DNA from: a virus | Lineage: Duplodnaviria > Heunggongvirae > Uroviricota > Caudoviricetes | IMG/VR virus record: IMGVR_UViG_3300042881_003883 | Coordinates: 19,930-83,929 of that record | Length of the DNA stretch: 64,000 nucleotides | Strand: one strand, 5' to 3' | In this document: piece by piece, positions 37,824 to 46,325 of the stretch | Position numbering within the stretch: position 1 is the first letter of the stretch | Layout of the letters: every line of letters starts with the position of its first letter | The notes under the pieces: generated by a model | What the model was told of the DNA's origin: nothing | Seen by the model: only the letters and a program-made list of their open reading frames with translations | Database searches by the model: none | Translations under genes and position numbers: made by a program

Positions 37824-39728
37824 ATGAAAAAACTATTATTTTTACTGCTGGTATCATTAGTACCAATCTTTGGGTATTCACAAACTTGCCCAACGCCAAC
37901 AACTTCTGGTGTTTTTATAACACTTGATTCAAATTATTTAGCTGGTACGGTAGCTGAAGGTTATACTAATGTAGGACTATGTTTTTACAACAATACAACA
38001 ACTGATATAACAGCATTTCAGTTTAGAGTTTATTATGATACACAAGCTTTCACTGGGGTAGACACACTTACTACATTGAATACAACATTTTCTCAGAACC
38101 TAAAATATGTTGATAATCCGGCTGCTGGTTATGTAACTGTCACAATGACTTATACTGGTAGTTCATCTACTTTTGAAATTCCAAATGGACCAATTGTTCA
38201 GTTGAAATTAACTCACGTAGCTGGATTTGCATCATTATCAACTATTGCTGATATGTCATTTGGAGCGGTAACTTATCCAGCAATTGCATCAAAGCAAAAT
38301 GGTATGGATAACGCACTTACATTACAAAACTTTGGTGGTAATATTATACCTCAAACAATGTCTTATCATGGTAAATTTAAGAACGTAACTGGAACAGCTG
38401 CTAAGAATTTAACTGTAGCTTTAGAAAAGAAACTTAGACCAAGTGGAGCTTGGACTCAGGTTACAACTGATATGACTGATATAAATGGTGACTTTGCATT
38501 TAATGCAATTGCAATTGATACAACTGGTTATGATGTTAGATTAAAAATACAGGGAGATACGTTATCAGTTGGTAATGTAATATCTACGGCAGATGCACAA
38601 AGAGTACAAGATTATGTATTAGGTACACAAGCACCAACTGGATTTGATTTTTACGCATCGGATGTTAATGGTGATAATGGTTTAAGTATATCGGATGCAT
38701 ATGGTATATTTGGTAGAATTTCTGGTAGATTCACCGCATGGCCTAATAGTGTTCAAAATGTAAAATTCTTTACACAATCTGAATATACTACTATTAATGG
38801 CTCAACAACCAATTATACATCAACAATTCCTGGTGTAACTAACTTTACGTTTAATATTGTTGCTGGACAACCTGATTCGGTTACATTCTATGTATTAGTA
38901 CCGGGTGATGCAAATGGAACGGGATATCGTATGGCACGTATTACTCCAATTGAGGTTTTAGTAGGACCACAACCTGGCGTTCCATCTCAAATTTACAATG
39001 TAATTGATGCTAGGGTAGAATATGATTTTCCAACAACTTCAATTGAAGTAAATGTTCCAACATTATCAGTTCAGGAAGGTAATTTAGTTAATATACCTGT
39101 AAAGGTATTAACAAATGGTACTGAGGTTGGTTCATTACAATTTGGATTAAAATACAACGATACTCTATTGGAATTTAAAGGAATTGAATCGAAATCAGCT
39201 ACTTCAAGTTGGTTAACATATTTGAATACTAATAATAATGAAATTTCTTGGGGTGGATATGATATTAGTGGTACACATATAAAACCATTAAGAGATGGTG
39301 ATGATGTTGTAACTTTAAAATTTATTGCAAAAAGACCTCAAGACCAATGGAGTACAAGTCCTCTTTGGACTACTAACAAATACGCTGGTAACAATCAATG
39401 TGTTGATTTAAGTATCACACCTACAAATGGTATTATACAGGTATTTAGAATGGCAAATGTTACTATTGATGAAATAGAGGGTATGCAAATATTCCCTAAC
39501 CCAACTGATGATTATGTTAACGTAAAATTTGAAGTTAAAGAATTTGGACCGGTTAGGTTATCAGTATATGGTCTTAATGGTATTGAATATAGGGTAGTAG
39601 TAAATGATAATATGCCTGAAGGTAATTACCAATACCAAGTTAGTTTAGGTAACTTAATTCCAGGTGTTTATGTTGCAGTTCTTAGAAAAACTACCAATAA
39701 CCTATCGAAAAAAATTATATTAAGATAA
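37824..39728 (+). CDS. Exported scaffold: cohesin, beta-sandwich, dockerin-like, cohesin, T9SS type-A C-terminal domain
   Basis: Signal peptide ...FGYS|Q; ITAFQFRVYYD and VNIPV...GSLQFGLKYN (cohesin-like); DVNGDNGLSISDA (dockerin-like); IFPNPTDDYVNV...SVYGLNG...L.PGVYV...SKKII (T9SS CTD). Confidence 0.75.
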   Translation: MKKLLFLLLVSLVPIFGYSQTCPTPTTSGVFITLDSNYLAGTVAEGYTNVGLCFYNNTTTDITAFQFRVYYDTQAFTGVDTLTTLNTTFSQNLKYVDNPAAGYVTVTMTYTGSSSTFEIPNGPIVQLKLTHVAGFASLSTIADMSFGAVTYPAIASKQNGMDNALTLQNFGGNIIPQTMSYHGKFKNVTGTAAKNLTVALEKKLRPSGAWTQVTTDMTDINGDFAFNAIAIDTTGYDVRLKIQGDTLSVGNVISTADAQRVQDYVLGTQAPTGFDFYASDVNGDNGLSISDAYGIFGRISGRFTAWPNSVQNVKFFTQSEYTTINGSTTNYTSTIPGVTNFTFNIVAGQPDSVTFYVLVPGDANGTGYRMARITPIEVLVGPQPGVPSQIYNVIDARVEYDFPTTSIEVNVPTLSVQEGNLVNIPVKVLTNGTEVGSLQFGLKYNDTLLEFKGIESKSATSSWLTYLNTNNNEISWGGYDISGTHIKPLRDGDDVVTLKFIAKRPQDQWSTSPLWTTNKYAGNNQCVDLSITPTNGIIQVFRMANVTIDEIEGMQIFPNPTDDYVNVKFEVKEFGPVRLSVYGLNGIEYRVVVNDNMPEGNYQYQVSLGNLIPGVYVAVLRKTTNNLSKKIILR

Positions 39729-39802
39729 TAATATGAGGTTACAAATGTGACCTCATAATTGTTATAATCAACTCAAAACAAATTAAACAAAAAAACAATA
39801 CT

Positions 39803-40126
39803 ATGTCAGAAGAAACAAACGCACCCGAATCAGAAGGAACTTGGTCAGGTTTAAAGAAAACAATTATTGGAACTCTATCAACTGCTGTATTAGCAGGTGG
39901 AACTTGGGTTACAACAACTCTATTTAATGGTGGAGATGATAAAGAAGAAACTAAAACAGAACAAGCTGCTCCAGCTGCACCTGTAATTATCAATCTACAA
40001 AATAATAACACTAATCAACAAAAACAATCGGGTGGTACAAATACAATTATTAAAGAAAAAACAATTGTAGAAAAACCTGCACCAGCTGCAGCACCTGCTA
40101 AACCAAAAGAAGAGGATTCTTGGTAA
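39803..40126 (+). CDS. Single-pass membrane protein with low-complexity tail
   Basis: One hydrophobic stretch (IIGTLSTAVLAGGTWV) followed by an N/Q- and A/P/K-rich tail. Confidence 0.6.
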   Translation: MSEETNAPESEGTWSGLKKTIIGTLSTAVLAGGTWVTTTLFNGGDDKEETKTEQAAPAAPVIINLQNNNTNQQKQSGGTNTIIKEKTIVEKPAPAAAPAKPKEEDSW

Positions 40127-40127
40127 T

Positions 40128-40847
40128 ATGAAAAAATTAATATTAATAATTTCTTCAATTTTATTATTTTCTATTGTTAGTAATGCACAAACAATTGGAA
40201 CTATTAAAACCGAAGAATATAAAGCTGATTTTGAAAAAAAACAATCTATTGCAGTTGTAGGTGACTATGATGGTGATATCGTTTTACCAATTCAAGTTTT
40301 AAAAATTGGTATTAACGAAGAACTTTACGAAATGTATCCTGAGTTAAAGGATAAGAGAGTTGGGCTTGGTGTTGCTAATATTGTTTTAGAATTCTTAGAG
40401 TCAACAGATAGATTTAAGTTTACTGAGGACCGTGAGGAGATTAAACAAAAAATGATTGCACAGGATAAGGCATCTGATAAGGGTATATCAAGTAATAAGA
40501 TAGAAGTGAAGGGTAATGTTATTTTAGCAAAATACTTCGTTTATATTGAGGTATATGACTTTTCAGTATCCGAAGATGAACAAATCAAAATGACTGATGG
40601 TTCAAAAACAACTCAAACAACTCGTTTGGGTTTACAGGTTAGATTCGTTGATGCTGAAACTGGTGAAATTATTACCGGTAGTGGTTTGGGTGAAGCAAGT
40701 ACAGTTAAAACTGCATCATTATTAGATGGTGTTGATGACATTAAATTTAACCAATCAACTATTGGTATATCAACTAAGAAAGCTCTTGAAACTGGAGCAT
40801 CTAGAGTTGTTTCAAAAATGATTAAAAAGGGAATATTTAAAAGTTAA
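40128..40847 (+). CDS. CsgG/HfaB-like exported protein
   Basis: Signal peptide ...SNA|Q; F.F.EDREEI, AKYFVYIEVYDFS, LGLQVRFVDAETGEII.GSG.GEA. Confidence 0.7.
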   Translation: MKKLILIISSILLFSIVSNAQTIGTIKTEEYKADFEKKQSIAVVGDYDGDIVLPIQVLKIGINEELYEMYPELKDKRVGLGVANIVLEFLESTDRFKFTEDREEIKQKMIAQDKASDKGISSNKIEVKGNVILAKYFVYIEVYDFSVSEDEQIKMTDGSKTTQTTRLGLQVRFVDAETGEIITGSGLGEASTVKTASLLDGVDDIKFNQSTIGISTKKALETGASRVVSKMIKKGIFKS

Positions 40848-40852
40848 ATATA

Positions 40853-41215
40853 ATGGGCAAAATAAGTGAATTTTTCGGTGGTAAATCTGATTATGTTAAA
40901 GTAGATGATAAAAATCGTTTCTATTTTATGTTGCAACAAATGCAAAATAATCGTTGGAGAATTACCGCAATTATATTAGGGTTATTTACCTTAATTATTG
41001 TTGGAATCAACTCTGGTGTATTTTTTGGTGTAGAAATTGGACAAGACTGGAAAGAAATGTTATTAATTTTATTAGGTGCCTTTGTTGGTAACTTAAATAA
41101 AGTTATAGATTATTGGTTCAACTCTGAAGATAGAGACAAAATGTTAATCCAAAAGGTAGATGAAGAGGATGGCGTATCTTTATCTAATACATTGGATTCG
41201 CAAGATGAAAATTAA
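40853..41215 (+). CDS. Two-TM membrane protein (holin-like possible)
   Basis: Two hydrophobic helices; LLILLGAFVGNLNKVIDYWFNS; acidic C-terminal tail. Confidence 0.5.
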   Translation: MGKISEFFGGKSDYVKVDDKNRFYFMLQQMQNNRWRITAIILGLFTLIIVGINSGVFFGVEIGQDWKEMLLILLGAFVGNLNKVIDYWFNSEDRDKMLIQKVDEEDGVSLSNTLDSQDEN

Positions 41216-42422
41216 AAAACTTTTAATAACAATAAGTTTTTTGTTCTCTACTATGGTGGTGTTAGGACAAGGGTTCTCATATACATTTACAGACCCATGT
41301 ACCTTAAAATCCAAAGATATTTTTATTAATAGCCCAAATGGTAGCGTATCATTAATATATTCTGGGCAAATTCAAAGTTTTACTCAAACACAATTACAAT
41401 CCGGTGCATTAGAAAGTTGGATTAATCAAGTTAATGCGAGTAATCCGCAAGGTTCCGGCCCTTGTGGTGGTGTTGGTATAGCACAAAGTACCAATTTAAA
41501 TGTAACGGTTGCAGCTAATAATATAGCAGTGTTAACAAGCGTTATGTCAACCATGTCATCACTTTCATCTATAAGTGGAGCAGCTGGTTCAGCAATACAA
41601 GGTACAGTTCAGAGTAATGAAAAAGTCGCATCTAACGGCAATAAATCAGATGATAAAAATGGTACATCTGGTAGTTCATCGCAATCAACTAAATCAAAAG
41701 GAGAATCGGAAGAAAAAACAGGTGAAGAAAAAGCTGAAGAGGCTGTATCATCTTCATCATCTAATTCATCTCAGGTTAAAGCTAAAGTAGCAGCTGTTAA
41801 ACGTGGTAATATTATGATGACTGGTGATATTGTTACTATATCAAGTGCTTCTGGTAATGAACCACAACAACTTAAAATTAATATGAGTTTTATCACATCA
41901 AATACTGAGAATACATTTGCTAAAGGGGCTTTGGTAAATTATACTACTGCAATTGATAATTCTTGTATAACACTATTTGCAGCTTGGAGACGTAAAAACT
42001 TAACATCAATAGTTGCAAATTCATCTATGTTGAATTTTGAAAAGGATTATTTTAATACAACATCGATAATGGAATCGTATAAAATAAAAAAAATAACAGC
42101 AACGTTGGGAGTAAATTATACTACTGGTAATATTGGTGAATCCAAATTCCAAAGTTTATCAACTTTAGGCGGAGTTGTTGGTAATTTCGATGTAGGAAAA
42201 AAAATGAGTACTACATTGATGTTTGTTACAGTATATTCACCATTTGTATATTATTATGAAGGCATGTGGTATCAATCGGGACTATTAGCAGTTCCATTTG
42301 TTGCAATTGATTACAAGCTAACTCAGAAATTTAAAATGAACATCAGTTTTAGTGGTGTTCAACAATTTAAGAGTGATGCTATAAACTACCAAGTATTACT
42401 TGGTGCTAAAGCACTTTTATAA
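41205..42422 (+). CDS. Exported protein with Ser/Lys-rich linker and putative C-terminal beta-barrel
   Basis: Likely start MKIKKLL at 41205; signal peptide ...VVLG|Q; alternating aromatic/hydrophobic strands (VPFVAIDYKL..KFKMNISF...YQVLLGAKALL). Confidence 0.55.
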   Translation: MKIKKLLITISFLFSTMVVLGQGFSYTFTDPCTLKSKDIFINSPNGSVSLIYSGQIQSFTQTQLQSGALESWINQVNASNPQGSGPCGGVGIAQSTNLNVTVAANNIAVLTSVMSTMSSLSSISGAAGSAIQGTVQSNEKVASNGNKSDDKNGTSGSSSQSTKSKGESEEKTGEEKAEEAVSSSSSNSSQVKAKVAAVKRGNIMMTGDIVTISSASGNEPQQLKINMSFITSNTENTFAKGALVNYTTAIDNSCITLFAAWRRKNLTSIVANSSMLNFEKDYFNTTSIMESYKIKKITATLGVNYTTGNIGESKFQSLSTLGGVVGNFDVGKKMSTTLMFVTVYSPFVYYYEGMWYQSGLLAVPFVAIDYKLTQKFKMNISFSGVQQFKSDAINYQVLLGAKALL

Positions 42423-42423
42423 A

Positions 42424-42873
42424 ATGAAAAAATTATTATTACTATCTTTGATGTTAATCACATCATTAACTTATGGACAAAAATGCTACACTGTTAAAAA
42501 TGTAGAGAGTCTTGCTAAAATTGAAAATATAAATCCTAAAAGATTTACATTAGGTGTTAAACAAATAACTGAAGAAATTCTATCTGAAAAATATAGTATA
42601 TGTGAAGATGGTGAATCAGTAATGGTTGTTGTTAAGAGTATTGAGGCACCTACAACAAGTATTTCAATTGGACCATTTGAAAAGAAAAGAAAAGTTACTA
42701 TTGTGACTGTTGATTTAATTATTAATGGTAAAGTATATACTGGAATTGGTGAAAGTAAGACTGATGTAAAATCTACATTTATTGAATTGCAAGATGAAAA
42801 TATTCCATTTGAAAAATCAGCGTTTTCAGCTGCATTAAAAAAATCATTAATAAGTGCTATTAACCAAATGTAA
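42424..42873 (+). CDS. Exported hypothetical protein (possibly CsgG-like fold)
   Basis: Likely start MKKLLLL at 42424; signal peptide ...TYG|Q; G.KQI.EEIL, Y.GIGES, FEKSAFS.ALKKSL echo the 40128 protein. Confidence 0.5.
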   Translation: MKKLLLLSLMLITSLTYGQKCYTVKNVESLAKIENINPKRFTLGVKQITEEILSEKYSICEDGESVMVVVKSIEAPTTSISIGPFEKKRKVTIVTVDLIINGKVYTGIGESKTDVKSTFIELQDENIPFEKSAFSAALKKSLISAINQM

Positions 42874-42874
42874 T

Positions 42875-44548
42875 ATGAGAAGATATCTCACCCTGTTATT
42901 ATTAATAATATCCAATATTGTATTTGCTCAAACATTTACATATTCGGGTTATATGTATAATGCGGGTGGATTACCAGCTCAAAATGTTGCTGTAAAATTA
43001 TATAAACGTACTACACCAACTCTTACTGGGTTTACATCACAAACCAATTATAACGGACACTCTTACTATCGTTCTACTGGTTCAATGACTTGGACTAATG
43101 CAAAGGTTGCTTGTGAAAATATGGGAGGTCACTTAGCTACCGTATCTAATTCAGCTGAGAACAATTTCTTATTTAATACATGGCCATCTGGTTGGATTGG
43201 ATATTATCAAGATAGAGTTTCTGGATATACTTATTCGGAAGCAGCTGGTGGATTTCGTTGGACAGAAACTAAAGTAACTGATGGATTGGTTGCTGATTAT
43301 GATGTTTCTTCTTATACATCAGGAACCACACTAACTGATATTGTATCTGGTATTAATTCTACATTATACAATACACCATCATACTCAAGTACTGGTGGGA
43401 AATATTTAACATTCAATGGAACTAATCAATACGCAATAACAAATAATTTAGCATCCAAATTTTCGAATAATAAAATAACTATAATGGCTTGGATATATCC
43501 AACCGGAAATGGAGTTATATCATCGGAATTAGGTGTTGGTAGTCCTACATCAGGTTGGCATGAATCAATAATGGAAATCACTGGAAGTAATACCCTTAGA
43601 GTTGGATTTTGGAATGGTAGTGGAATTACTCAATTAAGTACATCTATTACATTAAACGCTTGGCATTTGGTTTCTATTACTTATGATGGGGCATCAATGA
43701 AAGGATATTTAAATAATGTAAATTTTGGAAGTACTAATTTTACTAGAGATGTTCCGTATGTGTATTCGGGAAACGGACAATATTTCGCATTTGGATTAAG
43801 TGATGTTACTAATATGGGTTCTGGAGCTTATGGTAATTTTAGATTAGGTGATTATCAAATATTCAATAGAGCTATAACAGCCGATGAAATTGATAGAACA
43901 TATAACTTATATGCATATCGATATAAATTAAATCAATACACAAATTGGAATTCCGGAGAACCTAATAACTCACCCAGTGAAGATTATACACAATTTGTTA
44001 CAGGTGGTAAATGGAATGATTTAGGAAATACATCTTTACCTTATGTTATAGAATTTGATTATATTAACGATTTTACTCCATGGGTTTTACATCAAACAGT
44101 TTATACTAACTCTTCTGGATATTATTCATTTTCTCAATCAACCAATCCAGCAACCGAATGGTATATTCAATATGATATTCCAACACCTACAACACAACTA
44201 AGTACCAGTGATATTAATTCTATAATGTACAAAGTTATTAGTAATTCATTTAATGGATTAGATTATTATAAGTACGATGTAAATAATGATGGTGAAGTAA
44301 CTGTATCTGATGTTTATTATATTCATATGAAAAAAGTTGGGATGAAATCTATATGGGAAAATTCTTTACCAAATGTTAGATTATTTACCCAATCACAATA
44401 TAATATAATAAATTCATCAACTACTGATTTACGCCCTACCTATATAGGAACATCCTCAATTATAATAAATAATCCAACAAGTGGTGGAAGTTCAAATTAC
44501 TACTTAATTAATACCGGTTATTCTAATAGTACAACAATTTCGTACTAA
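42875..44548 (+). CDS. Exported lectin: C-type lectin with inserted LamG domain plus dockerin-like domain
   Basis: Likely start MRRYLTLL; signal peptide ...VFA|Q; TWTNAKVACENMGGHLATV...WIG; YLTFNGTNQY, ITIMAWIYP, WHLVSITYDG (LamG); YTNWNSGEPNN...WND; DVNNDGEVTVSDV. Confidence 0.8.
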   Translation: MRRYLTLLLLIISNIVFAQTFTYSGYMYNAGGLPAQNVAVKLYKRTTPTLTGFTSQTNYNGHSYYRSTGSMTWTNAKVACENMGGHLATVSNSAENNFLFNTWPSGWIGYYQDRVSGYTYSEAAGGFRWTETKVTDGLVADYDVSSYTSGTTLTDIVSGINSTLYNTPSYSSTGGKYLTFNGTNQYAITNNLASKFSNNKITIMAWIYPTGNGVISSELGVGSPTSGWHESIMEITGSNTLRVGFWNGSGITQLSTSITLNAWHLVSITYDGASMKGYLNNVNFGSTNFTRDVPYVYSGNGQYFAFGLSDVTNMGSGAYGNFRLGDYQIFNRAITADEIDRTYNLYAYRYKLNQYTNWNSGEPNNSPSEDYTQFVTGGKWNDLGNTSLPYVIEFDYINDFTPWVLHQTVYTNSSGYYSFSQSTNPATEWYIQYDIPTPTTQLSTSDINSIMYKVISNSFNGLDYYKYDVNNDGEVTVSDVYYIHMKKVGMKSIWENSLPNVRLFTQSQYNIINSSTTDLRPTYIGTSSIIINNPTSGGSSNYYLINTGYSNSTTISY

Positions 44549-44552
44549 TGTT

Positions 44553-44561
44553 ATATTTATA
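44553..44561 (+). promoter_or_regulatory. Putative late promoter motif ATATTTATA
   Basis: 19 nt upstream of the ATG at 44581. Confidence 0.55.
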
Positions 44562-44580
44562 AAAACAGAATAAAAAAATT

Positions 44581-45180
44581 ATGGCAAAGTACACAAAAGA
44601 ACAAATTGAAAAAGCAGTTAAATCAAAAGGATACGTTTGGTTTGAAGATGCTTCTAACAAAGGATTTGATTTAAACATCGTAGGTATCAGAAATTCATCA
44701 ACCGGTACAAAGGTTACTAACGTATTTGATGATGCAATTTCAGTATCATATAAAGATGGTGGTAATTGGATTTACAAAGAATGGGTAAACACAACCGACC
44801 CTGGTACAAAGGGAGTTAAAGAATATCATAATGCAGCTGGAGTTGCTCGTTTAGTTCCGGGTCAATATAGAGGTTCACATACATTGGGATTACATCAAGG
44901 TAAATACGAAGCACTTAAACAACAAAAGCCGGTTAAGGTTTATAGAGATGCTAATAGAGATATGAACTATGATGAAACCAAAATCCAAGAAGGTATCTTT
45001 GGTATCAACATCCACAAAGCTGGAGCAGATTCAACTTATGTTGAAAATTGGTCTGAAGGATGTCAAGTATTCAAAAAAGCAGCTGATTTTGAAGAATTTA
45101 TGGTTATTACGAGAAAATCAGGTGCAATACATGGTAAATCGTTTACATATACATTAATAGAATCGAAAGATATTGTTTAA
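44581..45180 (+). CDS. Putative L,D-transpeptidase (YkuD)-like cell-wall enzyme
   Basis: GINIHKAG...NWSEGCQV resembles the H...S.GC catalytic motif; TTDPG, LVPGQY. Confidence 0.55.
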   Translation: MAKYTKEQIEKAVKSKGYVWFEDASNKGFDLNIVGIRNSSTGTKVTNVFDDAISVSYKDGGNWIYKEWVNTTDPGTKGVKEYHNAAGVARLVPGQYRGSHTLGLHQGKYEALKQQKPVKVYRDANRDMNYDETKIQEGIFGINIHKAGADSTYVENWSEGCQVFKKAADFEEFMVITRKSGAIHGKSFTYTLIESKDIV

Positions 45181-45204
45181 TAACACATTGAATATCAATA
45201 ATTT

Positions 45205-45236
45205 AAAGGGAAAGCGAAAGTTTTCCCTTTTTTATT
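45205..45236 (+). terminator. Intrinsic terminator ending the late block
   Basis: AAAGGGAAA-GCGAAAGT-TTTCCCTTT followed by a T-run. Confidence 0.75.
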
Positions 45237-45266
45237 TGGAATTATCAAATATTTGTTGTATATTTG
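45235..45266 (+). promoter_or_regulatory. Bacteroidota-type sigma70 promoter
   Basis: TTTG-N20-TATATTTG. Confidence 0.75.
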
Positions 45267-45292
45267 AGTTATAACTTAAAACCCTAAAAGAT

Positions 45293-45697
45293 ATGATAAA
45301 TTTTGATAGAGTACCCGCTGGACAGATTTTTGATGTAACGGTTTCACAAGGAACCGCAACTAAAACAAAAAGATTAAAGTTATGTAAACTTAAAGCTCGT
45401 TCTATACTTTTTATAGAAGTGGATAAAACACTTAGAGTAAATACCTTTTACAAATTCCCAATTAAAGAGGTAACCCAATTATTGGAAGATTTAGATACAC
45501 CAGTTATAGAATTTAAAAATGGTGTAATGCCTGAGAAATGGGAATCTGCTTGGGATTCAATGGGTGGACCTTCTAAATCAGTTCAATCATATGGTAGATT
45601 CGCACAAGCAGCCAAACCATTTAGTAATCATTCCAAAGGATGGAGTTCAAATGCACCACAATATAACTATGGTGGGGGAGCTCACTTTAGAACTTAA
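45293..45697 (+). CDS. Hypothetical protein
   Basis: 134-aa ORF with its own promoter and an A-rich leader. Confidence 0.6.
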   Translation: MINFDRVPAGQIFDVTVSQGTATKTKRLKLCKLKARSILFIEVDKTLRVNTFYKFPIKEVTQLLEDLDTPVIEFKNGVMPEKWESAWDSMGGPSKSVQSYGRFAQAAKPFSNHSKGWSSNAPQYNYGGGAHFRT

Positions 45698-45716
45698 TAA
45701 AGTATTTGAGAAAACA

Positions 45717-45748
45717 TTTGGTATTCTCAGATAAATTTCGTATATTTG
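45717..45748 (+). promoter_or_regulatory. Bacteroidota-type sigma70 promoter
   Basis: TTTG-N20-TATATTTG. Confidence 0.75.
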
Positions 45749-45770
45749 TATAAATAATAAAACTAACGTT

Positions 45771-46160
45771 ATGTTTGGAAGAAATAAATCAAATAATACC
45801 AAAGCTCAGGAATTGAGAGATTTGGAAATTGAAAAGAATATAATCAATAGAGAAATTGAATTGTATCGTAGAGAAAAATTTAATCAAGTAGATAATGATA
45901 TTGAAACTCATAAAATCAAAAGATTAAAAGAAGTTGCAGAATTGGAAATTCAATGTCATAGACAATTGGGAGAATATGAACATGAATTTCATTCAACTAA
46001 AGAAATAAGAGGTATTGAGTTGGCAAGAGTGGAAGCAAAGATAGAAGCACTCAATTCAATTGAACCTACATTGATGGATATCATCAGTAATAAAGATAAA
46101 GAAATTGAACGATTGGTTAATATAATCAACGCATTGACAAACCATCGTACTAAAAAATAA
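45771..46160 (+). CDS. Hypothetical coiled-coil protein
   Basis: 129 aa, E/K/I-rich heptads. Confidence 0.6.
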   Translation: MFGRNKSNNTKAQELRDLEIEKNIINREIELYRREKFNQVDNDIETHKIKRLKEVAELEIQCHRQLGEYEHEFHSTKEIRGIELARVEAKIEALNSIEPTLMDIISNKDKEIERLVNIINALTNHRTKK

Positions 46161-46174
46161 TATTACGGATAAAA

Positions 46175-46206
46175 TTTGGAAGTATCAGATTTTATTCGTA
46201 TATTTG
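46175..46206 (+). promoter_or_regulatory. Bacteroidota-type sigma70 promoter
   Basis: TTTG-N20-TATATTTG. Confidence 0.75.
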
Positions 46207-46248
46207 TATAAATAAATGGATAAGACCATCTTAAAACTTGGTTTTTTG

Positions 46249-46257
46249 ATATTTATA
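46249..46257 (+). promoter_or_regulatory. Putative late promoter motif ATATTTATA in the SSB leader
   Basis: Second motif type in the same intergenic region. Confidence 0.45.
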
Positions 46258-46325
46258 TAAGGTGTAGGAAAGACACCATAATAAAACCATTAAAACTTAA
46301 TTATAAACTTTTAAAACAAAAAACA

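Noticed and set aside
40128-40847. Curli biogenesis operon
   Set aside because: No CsgA/B-type repeats or recognisable CsgE/F; only a CsgG-like fold.
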